Assembly (NCBI GenBank): GCA_963975615.1
Contig: CAXBKC010000001.1
Location: 1 to 42,146 of the forward strand
Direction: 5' to 3'
From: an uncultured Oleiphilus sp.
Lineage (GTDB): Bacteria > Pseudomonadota > Gammaproteobacteria > Pseudomonadales > Oleiphilaceae
Length of the DNA: 42,146 nt
Shown: positions 1 to 10,537 of the stretch, one piece after another
How the letters are laid out: each line of letters opens with the position of its first letter
Position numbering within the stretch: the stretch's first letter is position 1
Made by a program: the position numbers and the translations under genes
Notes under the pieces: model-generated
The model's input: the letters and a program-made list of their open reading frames with translations, nothing else
Database searches by the model: none
Told to the model about the DNA's origin: nothing

Positions 1-312
1 AACTGGGATGAATTAAGACGTTTTATGTGGGACTACGTTGGTATCGTGAGAACAGATAAACGCTTAACCAGAGCAAAGCATCGCGTTGACTTGCTTCATC
101 AGGAAATTTTAGATTACTACAGTAATTACTGTATCAGTAATGACCTACTTGAATTGAGAAATTTGGTAACAGTGGCCGATTTAATTATTTGCTCTGCAAT
201 CCAACGAAAAGAAAGCCGAGGTTTACACTACACCTTAGACTATCCAGAAAAGCTGGATTTAGCAGTCGATACGATTCTGACCCCGACTAATTTTTCAACC
301 CGTGATTGGTAA
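1..312 (+). CDS. nadB: L-aspartate oxidase, C-terminal fragment (5' end outside window)
   Basis: The frame is open from base 1 ([22 protein letters not shown]...). The conserved [14 protein letters not shown] motif is typical of the NadB / flavoprotein C-terminal domain. Stop at 310-312. Confidence 0.8.
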   Translation, partial: NWDELRRFMWDYVGIVRTDKRLTRAKHRVDLLHQEILDYYSNYCISNDLLELRNLVTVADLIICSAIQRKESRGLHYTLDYPEKLDLAVDTILTPTNFSTRDW

Positions 313-358
313 TACCATAAACCCCACATGGGCTCAGTAGCCACTCCAAACAAAAGGG

Positions 359-3300
359 TCATGATGCGAACCACCGCCTTAACATCATTTCTAACTTATC
401 TTTTTCAATAGGCTTGCTGAGGTAGTCATTCATACCCGACTGCAGGCATTTTTCGATATCTCCCGACATAGCATTCGCAGTAACAGCAATAATAATAGGC
501 TGGGTATTATCTTTTAAAAGCCTTATTTTTCGAGTTGCTTCTAGCCCATCCATTCTTGGCATTTGCCAATCCATTAACACCAGATCATAGTCCTGAGATT
601 TAATTGCATCAACAGCTTCTACACCATTATTCGCCAAATCGGCAACCAAACCCAAATATCCCAACATAATCATCAAAACCTGTTGGTTCACTTTATTATC
701 TTCAACAACTAGGATTTTCTTTTGCTTAAACATAGATAACGGCAATTGTGATACTAGTTCCTGCTTTTCATTATCATTATTATTATTTTTAGGATCAGCC
801 TGAATAAAACTGTTAAGTCTCGCATCTAAATCATCTAGCTTGAGCGGGTAACTTATAAACGCGATTCGTAAATTATCTTTAAGTATTTCTGTATTAAATT
901 CATGGCGCTCACTTTGGTTCGCGAAACAGACCAAATCAAAACTATTATCATGAACTTCCAATCTGTTTTTGAGCACATAGAGATCACCCAACAAATCAAA
1001 GTCACCGCAAATCGTGATGCAGTCTTTATTTTGAGGAATATTAATGAAATCCAACCATGCCTGAAGACTACTAGCAATAGTCACCGTACACCCCAATGAA
1101 TTTAAATAGTTCTCAATAACCGTATTTTGAAAATGATTTTGTTCCAGTACAAATATATTTTTATGCCTTATATTGCTCGAACGAGAAGATTGTAAGCTCT
1201 TTGCATCTAGCTTCACTTTTAACTTAAAACTAAACGTGGTGCCACCCCCCTCTTCTGAACGAAAATCTATCTTCCCTCCCATTAGATCGACTAAATGTTT
1301 GCTTATTACTAAACCTAATCCAGTTCCACCAAATTTTCTTGTCGTCGATGAATCTGCCTGCACGAATGGTGTAAATAGCTTTTGTCGAGCCATTTCACTT
1401 AAACCAATTCCGGTATCTCTTACCTCTATCAGAAGCTGTGCAGATTGATCATTCCTTGAGAGAAGCTCTATCCATAGTTCAACCCTTCCTGACTCGGTAA
1501 ATTTAACTGCATTACACGCTAAATTAAGTATTATTTGTCTCAGACGATTTGGATCACCAAGCACATAACGCGGAACCGATGGTGAGACAAAGTAGACGAA
1601 CTCTAAACGCTTTTCACTGGCTTGAAAGAAAATCAAATCGGCGCAATCATCCATTGCCTGCCTTAAATCAAACGAAATGATTTCTAACTCTAATTGGTTC
1701 GCCTCTATTTTTGAAAAGTCCATTATATCGTTAATAAGAGATAATAAAGACTGCGCCGAGCTATTGATTACCTGTATATATTGAGACTGATCTTTATTTA
1801 AACCTGTTTTCTTCAATACATCGGCTAAACCTATAATTGCATTCATCGGCGTACGAATATCATGACTCATTGATGCCAAAAATATATTTTTGCTTCGATT
1901 AGCTTGTTCAGCAATTTCTCTCGCTTCTTTTAGTTCATGATTACGCTGTTTTAGATTGGAAAGAGCTTCTGCCAGTTGATGGGTTCTGATGTTAAACCAA
2001 GAAGCAAGCTGAGCTAGCTCATCAGTCCCTTTTATCTTCAACATTGTCACGTAATCTTCTCTACTTACTAAGCCACGAATTTGTTGAGTCAATTTATTAA
2101 CAGGCAAAAGAAAAACTGAATTGAAGAATAAGAGATACAAAAGAGCAGTAAGAGCTAAGAAAACAAATAACAAACCTATGATATTATCAGTAATTTGAGA
2201 AGCTACTGATTCCGTATACTTGGCAGGCATAGCAACAACCACTTTCCAATCTATATCCGGCATATGAAAAACACGAACAAATGAAGCTTGTTTAAGCAAA
2301 GGGTCATATGAAATATTGATACGCCGGCTAGGCGCTGTAACCATAGAAAACTGTCCGCCAAGCTTTGTATTAAGCATTGCCCTCGCTATTTTATGGGCCT
2401 CACTTGAATCTATCTGATCACTATCAATAGTAAGTTTTTGACTAAGTAAATCAATTTCATGTACTTTTTGAAGCGTCTGATTCATTTCAAATTGCATAGA
2501 TACTCTATTCAATTCACTTTCCACACTATCTAAAATAACATTTTTTTCTACAAGCGCATGAATGGTTGGAAAAGCTTGGTCAGAATATTGCTTAATATCA
2601 AAATGTGTTAAATATTGCTCAACCGTACTTGGAAAAGATAGCAAACGATTATTCCGGTCCAAGGCAAATGCATAGCCTCCCATTAATCTAGTTTGAGCTT
2701 GCATAGATGCAGACAAGCCCGTCAATTTGAGATCTATAGTAGCGACACCACTAAACACCCCATTAATCAATATCGGAACTGAACACGTTACCATAGGCTC
2801 CATAGAGTGAGGATCTCTATATGACTTTGACCAATAAGCCTCTTTAGAATCAATATAACGAACCGGAACGTACCACTCTTCTTGGTGATAACCACGACTA
2901 TTTTCTTCATTATAATCATTAAAAAGCTCAAGCTGTCCTTGAGCATTTCTTGTCCAAAAAAAAGCAGAACGCTCTTTTGTTTTATCGAACACGAAGGGCT
3001 CCGGCCAAATCCCGCCTCCTGCTACCATGTTCTCCATACCAGCTTGATTTAGAATCTCTGGGATAGCCTGCATAAATTGCTCAGGACTATGTTTTAAAGC
3101 TACCGCCACAGTTGCTAAAGAACGACTAAGCGATTCAGTTATTGACAGTTTCTCTCTCAAACTTAAAATAATTGTTTTGCCAATTTCATCATTCAGCTTA
3201 CCAGACTGCTGAACAATAACCTCACGACTACGATTTTCAGCAATAAAATAATTTACAGACAATACAGCCAATAAAAATAGCACTAAACCGAAACTCACCC

Positions 3301-3376
3301 TGAACATCAAACCAGAATAAATGCTTCGTTGCTCTGGAAGATGCTGGCGAGATTCTTCTTCTTTTTCTTTAGGCAT
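359..3376 (-). CDS. Hybrid sensor histidine kinase / response regulator (TM - periplasmic Cache-like domain - TM - coiled coil - HisKA - HATPase - pseudo-receiver - REC)
   Basis: H-box SHDIRTPMNAIIG. ATPase boxes NLACNAVKFT, DTGIGL and GGTGLGLVIS. C-terminal receiver ILVVEDNKVNQQV...DLVLMDWQMPRMDG...LSKP. Two hydrophobic segments flank a domain of about 350 aa. The REC-like stretch IFVLEQNH...ICGDFDL lacks the acidic pocket. Confidence 0.9.
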   Translation of the reverse strand: MPKEKEEESRQHLPEQRSIYSGLMFRVSFGLVLFLLAVLSVNYFIAENRSREVIVQQSGKLNDEIGKTIILSLREKLSITESLSRSLATVAVALKHSPEQFMQAIPEILNQAGMENMVAGGGIWPEPFVFDKTKERSAFFWTRNAQGQLELFNDYNEENSRGYHQEEWYVPVRYIDSKEAYWSKSYRDPHSMEPMVTCSVPILINGVFSGVATIDLKLTGLSASMQAQTRLMGGYAFALDRNNRLLSFPSTVEQYLTHFDIKQYSDQAFPTIHALVEKNVILDSVESELNRVSMQFEMNQTLQKVHEIDLLSQKLTIDSDQIDSSEAHKIARAMLNTKLGGQFSMVTAPSRRINISYDPLLKQASFVRVFHMPDIDWKVVVAMPAKYTESVASQITDNIIGLLFVFLALTALLYLLFFNSVFLLPVNKLTQQIRGLVSREDYVTMLKIKGTDELAQLASWFNIRTHQLAEALSNLKQRNHELKEAREIAEQANRSKNIFLASMSHDIRTPMNAIIGLADVLKKTGLNKDQSQYIQVINSSAQSLLSLINDIMDFSKIEANQLELEIISFDLRQAMDDCADLIFFQASEKRLEFVYFVSPSVPRYVLGDPNRLRQIILNLACNAVKFTESGRVELWIELLSRNDQSAQLLIEVRDTGIGLSEMARQKLFTPFVQADSSTTRKFGGTGLGLVISKHLVDLMGGKIDFRSEEGGGTTFSFKLKVKLDAKSLQSSRSSNIRHKNIFVLEQNHFQNTVIENYLNSLGCTVTIASSLQAWLDFINIPQNKDCITICGDFDLLGDLYVLKNRLEVHDNSFDLVCFANQSERHEFNTEILKDNLRIAFISYPLKLDDLDARLNSFIQADPKNNNNDNEKQELVSQLPLSMFKQKKILVVEDNKVNQQVLMIMLGYLGLVADLANNGVEAVDAIKSQDYDLVLMDWQMPRMDGLEATRKIRLLKDNTQPIIIAVTANAMSGDIEKCLQSGMNDYLSKPIEKDKLEMMLRRWFAS

Positions 3377-3507
3377 AGTATTAATTTCTATTCAGATTCA
3401 ACAATTGAAAGTATAGGTTATGTGTTTGTAAATTAAAGTAAATTGGACTATCACCCACTTATAATCACTCCTATACTCTTACCATAACATCAAACTTGGA
3501 GCAGATT

Positions 3508-4729
3508 TTGAAATCCTCAAATGAAAAAATTTTGCTAGCAAGACAAGCTATTTATAAAAAGGACCAGCGCGTTTGGCTTCGAACTTTTATTTCGTGATGA
3601 GGAAAATCTGACTGCAGTTGAAGTCGGTGACGATTTTGCAACAAACCAAGTCTTAGTAAACTATTGGACTAGCCTTTCAAAAGATTTATCAGATCAAGAC
3701 ACACCTATATTTATTAATGTATCAGAAAGCTTTTTACTTTCTGAGTACTTTTTACCTATTCAGCATAAATTTGTTGTGATTGAGCTGCTTGAAACAATTA
3801 CAGTAACAAAAGAACTTATTACCGCCATAAAGGCATGGAAATTAAAAGGCTTTCGTTTTGCTCTAGATGATTTTGATTTTTCAGAACAATGGAAGCCCCT
3901 TATAGGGCTAGCAGATTTCATAAAAGTTGATGTATTAAACGTGTGCCTTGATAAAGTTGAACAACTTAAATCCTCATTGCCTGACTACAAAGGAGTCTGG
4001 TTAGCTGAAAAAATTGAAACTGCCGAAATCTTTGAGCGCTGCAGAAATATGGGGTTTACCTTGTTTCAGGGCTATTATCTAGCAAGGCCTAAGTCGATAC
4101 TAGGGAATGTGATCCGCCCCTCCTCAATCACTATGGCAGATATCATCCAAAAAACGAGTCAAGATGATGCCTCTATTGCAGAGATCGCATCTTTAGTTAC
4201 TCGGGATCCTAAACTAACCATACAATTACTTAAACTAATAAATAGTTCATTGTTTATGCTGCCTAGAGTAATTAGTGATTTGAAAGAAGCCATTACTTTT
4301 TTGGGTATAGATATTTTAAAAAAATGGGCTATGATGATTGCTTTTGTATCCGACTCTTCAGCTCCTATTGAGGCGTGTCGTATTGTCTTAACAAGGGCAA
4401 AAGCATGTGAGCTTTTAATCCTAAAGTCAAAACACCCACAACAGTCTGATACTGCTTTCCTCGCTGGATTATTATCGGGGGTTGATGTTTTGCTAAATTT
4501 GGATCCTTCGCTTTTTATTAAAGAGCTAAAGCTAAGCCCTGAGATACAAGATGCCGTGCTTCATGAACAAAGTGAGATAGGAATCTTAATACAGCAGATC
4601 AAAAAACTTGAGTATTATCTCAGCCAAGAACCTGAGAATATCCCAACATTAGAGACTTCGCTCATCCAACAATTCGCATTGGCACAAGACTGGTCGGATG
4701 AAGTTATTCAAAACCTCCAATATAAATAA
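3508..4729 (+). pseudogene. EAL + HDOD domain protein (c-di-GMP phosphodiesterase-like) with its reading frame interrupted near the 5' end
   Basis: One frame gives TTG(3508) KSSNEKILLARQAIYKKDQRV and stops at 3595-3597. The next frame is open from 3539 and gives GFELLFRDEENL...VVIELLE...FALDDFDF...KVD...AEKIET...FQGYYLARP (EAL signatures). An HDOD region follows (ASLVTRDPKLTIQLLKLINSS...). The second frame has no ATG, GTG or TTG before 3776, so the ELL motif is only reachable by a frame change between about 3553 and 3576. GGAG lies 7 nt upstream of the TTG. Confidence 0.7.
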
Positions 4730-4734
4730 TACTT

Positions 4735-5880
4735 ATGAATATACCCTCTCAGCAAACAAAGCAGTGGTACCAAGAACAAGTTGTTACTATTTTATATGGC
4801 AATGCAAAAGGCGCCATAATTGGCAGTTCATTTAATATTGCTATAGTCACCTATGTTCTTTGGTCAATATTTCCTGGCCAAGGACTATTAGCATGGTTTA
4901 TTTTCGGTCAGATTTTGAATGCCTTTCGTTTCTACATACGTCATCGCTACGATAGTGAACCAAAAAAATATTCATCTAAAACATGGCTTAACCTTCATAG
5001 AGTATTAACCTGCATGTCAGGCTCCCTTTATGGCATCTTGGCTTTCTTTTTTTTCAGCTCAGAAAACCCTGTCCATCAAATTATGGTGATATTATTAGCA
5101 GGCGGGATGGGGGCTGCAGCCGTAGGCACACATGCTGTTGATAAAATCACCTATCAAACATTTTTACTTCCAGCAGTGGTACCACTCATTGTTCGCTCCT
5201 ACTTAGAAGGAACAGAAGTCCACATGATGCTTTCTGTCATGCTGTGCTTGCTTATACTAATCATGCTTCGTTCAGCGAATCAATCCAAAAAAATCATGGT
5301 CGATAATATTTATATGTCTCAATCTCTGCGTTACAGAGCAACTCATGACAGCTTAGTCGATCTACTCAACAGAGAAGAATTTCAAAAAGAATATAATCGT
5401 CTGATGATTTCTTCAGGAAATACTCCCATCACGACGGCTTTAATTTTTATTGATTTAGATAATTTTAAATCTCTCAATGATACGCTTGGACACCAAGCTG
5501 GAGATGAAGCCTTAGTAAAAATAAGCGAAATAATCCGTCACTGTATTAGGCAGTCAGACCTTGCTGCTAGGTTTGGCGGTGACGAGTTTATGATATTAAT
5601 TCAGTCGAATTCAATCGAACAAGCGAGCGCAGTGGCAGAGAAAATTTTAATCAGAATCGCTCACTTTCAACAAGACTTCCTAGAAGAAGATATTATGTTT
5701 GGCGCAAGTATAGGCATTGGTTTTTCTAACAGTAGAAATTGTAGTTTTGATGCCTTACTAAAAGCTGCCGACAAAGCTTGCTATCAAGCCAAAAAAGAAG
5801 GGAAAGGTAGAACTTGCATGCAAGAAGTAAGTGACGACAGACAATTACAACAGCTTCACAAGGTTCAAAACATAAGGTAA
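4735..5880 (+). CDS. Membrane-anchored diguanylate cyclase (multi-TM N-terminus + GGDEF domain)
   Basis: About 5-6 hydrophobic helices in the first 180 aa. Canonical ARFGGDEFMILI active site with an RxxD I-site (RQSD) five residues upstream. DLDNFKSLNDTLGHQAGD motif. Starts 5 nt after the EAL-HDOD stop. Confidence 0.9.
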   Translation: MNIPSQQTKQWYQEQVVTILYGNAKGAIIGSSFNIAIVTYVLWSIFPGQGLLAWFIFGQILNAFRFYIRHRYDSEPKKYSSKTWLNLHRVLTCMSGSLYGILAFFFFSSENPVHQIMVILLAGGMGAAAVGTHAVDKITYQTFLLPAVVPLIVRSYLEGTEVHMMLSVMLCLLILIMLRSANQSKKIMVDNIYMSQSLRYRATHDSLVDLLNREEFQKEYNRLMISSGNTPITTALIFIDLDNFKSLNDTLGHQAGDEALVKISEIIRHCIRQSDLAARFGGDEFMILIQSNSIEQASAVAEKILIRIAHFQQDFLEEDIMFGASIGIGFSNSRNCSFDALLKAADKACYQAKKEGKGRTCMQEVSDDRQLQQLHKVQNIR

Positions 5881-5913
5881 TAAGTATACCTTTCTTTGAA
5901 GAAAGAGCTGGTT

Positions 5914-7698
5914 TCAGTGGGCAGTTTCTAAATAATCAATAAAGAACTGCACTGTCTTTTTACCTCTAAACTCATTAATGTTTGGCCGATATACAATACG
6001 AACCTTAGCAGGCAAATGATCTCGACACCAATCACTATTAAACTGAATAGCATCAATAAATTGCCCTCCAGACTCGTCCGATAGAACTAACTTTAGGTGT
6101 TTATCTTTTAGCACTCTTTGTTGAAGCACGTTAAATACTCCATCAAAACTTGGCTCTGGAAAAGCCTGCCCCCAAGGTCCAGAACGATCAAGTAAGGCAA
6201 TATTACTCAAGGTTCTTTCATTGGGATTCAACTCACCATCCGTCAACAAGACAGACTCAAGGTCCGCTTCCGTTAGAAGCTCTTTTACAATTCTATTAAA
6301 TGCCTCGGTGAACGCGTCTAAGTGGTTAAACTCAATACTCATACCAGCCGCCATAGCATGCCCACCAAATTTACTGAGTAAGTGTGGGTGACGTTTCGCT
6401 AGTAAGTCCAGAGCATCTCTCATATGCAAGCCAGGAATCGACCTTGCAGAGCCTTTCAATACTGGATTAGATTCTTCAGGGTCATCATTTGCAGGTGCAA
6501 AAATAATCGTCGGTCTATTCAGCTTTTCTTTAATGCGAGAAGCAAGAATACCAATCACACCTTGATGCCAGTGAGCTTGATATAAACACAAGCCCCAAGT
6601 TTCAATGCTATCAACTGAGTTTGATACTTCATTAGCATCAAAGCTTTCAAAAAATGATGCCAATTGAGATTCGGCATCCAGCTTCATTTCATTCTCTATC
6701 TCTTTTCGTTCCTGATTTAAATGATCTAGCCTTTTAGCTAAAAGCTCCGCTTCATTTTCATCATCTGTTAATAAGCAGTTTATGCCTAAACTCATATCAT
6801 CCAGGCGGCCTGCCGCATTGAGCCTTGGACCCACAATAAATCCCATGTCGCTCGCATTTATTTGTTCGAAGTTTTTACCTGCTTGTTGTAATAAAGCCCT
6901 AATACCCGGCCTACACTTCCCTGCCCGAATACGCCTTAGACCTTGTTCAACTAAAATCCTATTATTTATATCCAAAGGTACAAGATCCGCAACAGTACCC
7001 AAGGCCAGCAAATCTAGATAAGAAGCCATATTCAGTTCGGGTAGGCCTTGCTCTTGAAACCAAGCAGACTCTCGTAACTTTGCTCTAAGCCCACTCATCA
7101 CATAAAAGATAACACCAACGCCAGCAGCATTTTTACTGAGAAAGTCACAACCATCTTGATTCGGGTTTACTATTGCATCGGCATCTGGAAGCGTATCGCC
7201 GGGCAAGTGATGATCAGTAATAAGTACCTTCATACCAAGTTGCTTTGCTCTTCTCACACCCTCTATACTTGATATACCATTATCCACTGTGACAATTAAG
7301 TGCGGATTTTCTTTAGATGCAAGGTCTACAATTTCAGGCGTTAAGCCATAGCCATATTCAAAACGATTAGGAACTAGAAAGTGGCAATCTGCTTTTAATG
7401 TTTTCAACACCAACATTGCGAGCGCTGTACTGGTCGCTCCGTCACAATCAAAGTCACCCACTATAAGAATTTTATGTCTTTTCTCTAAAGCGTCTACCAG
7501 TAAGTCAACCGCTTTATCCAAACCTTTAATCGTTTCGCTATGATGCAAATATTTTAAACTCAAATCTAATTCTGATAGAGAGCGCACTCCTCTGGCCGTA
7601 TATATTCTGCTTAAAAATGTAGGTAGGCCCTCTAAATAGGTATCCTTTTCCACAAGCCGTCGTCTAATTTTCTTTATCTGTATCATAATATTCAGCAA
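5914..7698 (-). CDS. recJ: Single-stranded-DNA-specific exonuclease RecJ
   Basis: Full-length collinearity with E. coli RecJ as recalled: VGDFDCDGATSTA, TVDNGISS, ITDHHLPG, LGTVADLVPLD, GPRLNAAGRL, FGGHAMAAG. Confidence 0.95.
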   Translation of the reverse strand: MLNIMIQIKKIRRRLVEKDTYLEGLPTFLSRIYTARGVRSLSELDLSLKYLHHSETIKGLDKAVDLLVDALEKRHKILIVGDFDCDGATSTALAMLVLKTLKADCHFLVPNRFEYGYGLTPEIVDLASKENPHLIVTVDNGISSIEGVRRAKQLGMKVLITDHHLPGDTLPDADAIVNPNQDGCDFLSKNAAGVGVIFYVMSGLRAKLRESAWFQEQGLPELNMASYLDLLALGTVADLVPLDINNRILVEQGLRRIRAGKCRPGIRALLQQAGKNFEQINASDMGFIVGPRLNAAGRLDDMSLGINCLLTDDENEAELLAKRLDHLNQERKEIENEMKLDAESQLASFFESFDANEVSNSVDSIETWGLCLYQAHWHQGVIGILASRIKEKLNRPTIIFAPANDDPEESNPVLKGSARSIPGLHMRDALDLLAKRHPHLLSKFGGHAMAAGMSIEFNHLDAFTEAFNRIVKELLTEADLESVLLTDGELNPNERTLSNIALLDRSGPWGQAFPEPSFDGVFNVLQQRVLKDKHLKLVLSDESGGQFIDAIQFNSDWCRDHLPAKVRIVYRPNINEFRGKKTVQFFIDYLETAH

Positions 7699-7716
7699 TA
7701 TAGAGGTGAAATACCA

Positions 7717-7750
7717 ACAAAAAAGCCGGAGTCAGTTCCGGCTTTTATTT
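7717..7750 (-). terminator. Rho-independent terminator downstream of thrC
   Basis: AGCCGGA (7724-7730) / TCCGGCT (7737-7743), a 7-bp stem with a 6-nt loop. An A6 run lies on the plus-strand 5' side (a T-run after the stem on the minus strand) and TTTTATTT lies on the other side. Confidence 0.7.
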
Positions 7751-7767
7751 AAATAATCTTCCAAGAA

Positions 7768-9162
7768 TTAGGAGCGTCTAAATTTAGCAATATAGTCGTG
7801 AACCTTATTAATATCATTTCCCAAAACGTCATATTTTTCAGGTCTATCAAACAAATCACGCATATGAATTGGCAATTCTGGACTAGTACCGACTCCTGAT
7901 TTCTCTACTGCTTCAGGGAACTTAACTGGGTGAGCAGTTGCCAGTGTCACCATAGGCACTGACTGGTCCCTACGGCACTTCCTCGCTGCACCAACACCAA
8001 TAGCGGTATGCGGGTCGAGTAAGTATTCTGTTTCATCAAATACCTGCTTGATAACGGCACAAGTTTCATCATCATTCAAAGACAGACTATCAAATAGTTC
8101 TCTTGCCTTCTTCCAACGGTAGCTATCAATAGAGCCTGACTCTGTTTTCCATGCTTTCATTTGCGCAGCCAGAGCATCACCATTTCGACCATACAAGTCA
8201 AACATTAGCCGCTCAAAATTACTAGACACCATGATGTCCATACTTGGAGAAAGCGTATGCTCTAATGGCTCTTGGTGATATTTATTTTGGCTAATAAAAC
8301 GATGAAGGATATCGTTCTTGTTTGTTGCAACAATAAGCTGATTAATAGGCAAGCCCATGTTTCTAGCTAAATAGCCTGCAAAAATATCACCAAAGTTACC
8401 TGTTGGAACAGAAAACGACACACTTTTATGCGGCCCACCAAGTGCCAAAGAAGCACTAAAATAATAAACAATTTGGGCCATAATTCTTGCCCAGTTAATC
8501 GAATTTACCGCGACTAAGCGTGTACCCTTCAAAAACGACTGATCAGCGAAGCTATCTTTAACCATATGTTGGCAATCGTCAAAATTGCCTTCAACCGCAA
8601 TATTAAAGACATTATCAGCCAATACTGTTGTCATTTGTTTACGCTGAACATCAGAAACGCGCTTGTGCGGATGCAGAATAAAAATATCGACATTGTCACA
8701 ATGCTTACAGCCTTCGATGGCTGCAGAGCCCGTGTCTCCGGAGGTAGCCCCCAAGATCACCACACGCTCATTACGTCTTTTAAGAACAAAGTCCAATAGA
8801 CGACCGAGCAACTGTAATGCAAAGTCTTTAAAGGCTAAAGTCGGCCCTTTAAATAACTCCATAACCCATTCATTCGAGTCTAATTGAACCAAAGGCGCAA
8901 CCGCTTTATGTCCAAAGACAGCATAGGTCTCCTGTACCATCGATTTAAACTCTGCTTCAGGTATCTCGCCTTCGACAAACGGATACATTACTTTAAAAGC
9001 GAGCTCTGAATAAGGTAAACCTTTCCATGATGCAATCTCTTCTAGTCTAAAGTGAGGTAATGTCTCTGGTACATATAAGCCACCATCAGGCGCCAAGCCA
9101 GTTAGCAAAACATCTTCGAATGACAAAGCCGGCGAAGCGCCACGAGTGCTAATATATTTCAC
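7768..9162 (-). CDS. thrC: Threonine synthase
   Basis: Long-form ThrC. MKYISTRG start, PLP-lysine region GPTLAFKDFALQ, SGDTGSAA loop. Lies adjacent to hom, as in Pseudomonas. Confidence 0.95.
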   Translation of the reverse strand: MKYISTRGASPALSFEDVLLTGLAPDGGLYVPETLPHFRLEEIASWKGLPYSELAFKVMYPFVEGEIPEAEFKSMVQETYAVFGHKAVAPLVQLDSNEWVMELFKGPTLAFKDFALQLLGRLLDFVLKRRNERVVILGATSGDTGSAAIEGCKHCDNVDIFILHPHKRVSDVQRKQMTTVLADNVFNIAVEGNFDDCQHMVKDSFADQSFLKGTRLVAVNSINWARIMAQIVYYFSASLALGGPHKSVSFSVPTGNFGDIFAGYLARNMGLPINQLIVATNKNDILHRFISQNKYHQEPLEHTLSPSMDIMVSSNFERLMFDLYGRNGDALAAQMKAWKTESGSIDSYRWKKARELFDSLSLNDDETCAVIKQVFDETEYLLDPHTAIGVGAARKCRRDQSVPMVTLATAHPVKFPEAVEKSGVGTSPELPIHMRDLFDRPEKYDVLGNDINKVHDYIAKFRRS

Positions 9163-9232
9163 AAGTTTCTTCCAATTCTTTTAAAAAAATATTAATCCGT
9201 TCAAAGCATTAAAACTAAAGCTTAAGGAATGC

Positions 9233-10537
9233 TCAGTTAAAATGCTCAACACGTATACGTACCACTTTTTGACAAGTAGTGGATAAAGCTTCAATTTGAC
9301 TTATAGCCAGATTAATCTGCTTCTCTTTTACTTCATGTGTCAGTAATACCAATGGGATGACATCGCCATCTTGTTCACTTTCACGCTGCATAACTGATTC
9401 TATATTAATACCTAAGTCACTCATTATAGAAGCTACTTTAGCAAGTACACCTGGGTGATCTTCAGCCATGACTCTTAAATAGTATGCAGAGCTAATATCT
9501 TCAATAGGTAAAACCGGCAAGTCTTTAATGCTCGACTGAGAAAACCCTAGATATGGAACAGGTACAGAAGCATCTAACCGCATGAATCTAGCAATATCCA
9601 CAAGGTCAGCGATAACAGCGGACGCTGTGGCTTCAGAGCCTGCTCCAGCACCATAATAAAGCGTCTGACCTACAGCGTCACCATCAACTAGAATCGCATT
9701 CATCACACCATCAACTTTTGCAATCATCTGATTTTTTGGGATCATAGTCGGATGAACACGAAGCTCAATTCCTGTCTCATGCATGCGTGTAATACCAAGA
9801 TGTTTAATGTTATATCCTAGTAAGTCCGCATTCCTAACATCCATTGGAGTAACAGTACTAATCCCCTCAGTGAAGGCTTTTTCGAACTGAAGAGGCACAC
9901 CAAACGCAGCAGATGCCAAGATAGTAAGTTTATGCGCAGCATCAATACCCTCAACATCGAATGTTGGATCTGCTTCGGCGTAACCTAAAGCTTGCGCTTC
10001 TGCCAAAACATCCCGAAACTCTCTTTGTTTGTCTTTCATCTCAGTGAGAATAAAGTTGCCTGTCCCATTAATAATGCCGGCTAACCAATTAATTTTATTG
10101 GCAGCTAAACCTTCTCTCAAAGATTTTATTATCGGGATACCACCAGCAACTCCAGCTTCATAGGCAACGTTTACTTCATGCTTGGCAGCTAAAGCAAATA
10201 TTTCATTTCCATGTACAGCAATTAGTGCTTTATTCGCTGTAACGACATGTTTTCCTTGTTTAATCGCAGCACAAACTAGCTCCTTAGCTTGATCATAACC
10301 ACCTATTAGTTCCACAAGCACATCGACTTCCGGATCATTCACTACATCCATCAAGTTAGTAGTGAACTTTATATCCGTTAGGTCACAATTTTCCTTTTTT
10401 GCTCTTGATGCCACTCTAATTACATTTAGTGAACAACCAGCACGCGCAGATATTTCTTTTTGGTTTCGTTGGATAACATTAATAACGCCGCTCGCAACAG
10501 TACCCAAACCACAGATTCCAATTTTCAAGGATTTCAA
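9233..10537 (-). CDS. hom: Homoserine dehydrogenase (with C-terminal ACT domain)
   Basis: N-terminal Rossmann motif IGICGLGTVASGV, the central catalytic domain (TANKALIA, GIINGTGNFILT) and a C-terminal ACT-like segment. 434 aa, as for standalone Hom. Confidence 0.95.
   Translation of the reverse strand: MKSLKIGICGLGTVASGVINVIQRNQKEISARAGCSLNVIRVASRAKKENCDLTDIKFTTNLMDVVNDPEVDVLVELIGGYDQAKELVCAAIKQGKHVVTANKALIAVHGNEIFALAAKHEVNVAYEAGVAGGIPIIKSLREGLAANKINWLAGIINGTGNFILTEMKDKQREFRDVLAEAQALGYAEADPTFDVEGIDAAHKLTILASAAFGVPLQFEKAFTEGISTVTPMDVRNADLLGYNIKHLGITRMHETGIELRVHPTMIPKNQMIAKVDGVMNAILVDGDAVGQTLYYGAGAGSEATASAVIADLVDIARFMRLDASVPVPYLGFSQSSIKDLPVLPIEDISSAYYLRVMAEDHPGVLAKVASIMSDLGINIESVMQRESEQDGDVIPLVLLTHEVKEKQINLAISQIEALSTTCQKVVRIRVEHFN

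Noticed and set aside
853-1448. Three ORFs (853-1077 on the minus strand, 902-1099 and 1173-1448 on the plus strand) nested in or antisense to the hybrid kinase gene.
   Set aside because: They lie wholly inside a 1005-aa ORF that has clear kinase and receiver motifs. They have no recognisable motifs and look like frame-shadow ORFs typical of AT-rich DNA.
5885-5910. Possible terminator hairpin between the convergent GGDEF gene and recJ (CTTTC...GAAAG).
   Set aside because: The stem is only about 5 bp, AT-rich, and has no following T-tract on either strand.
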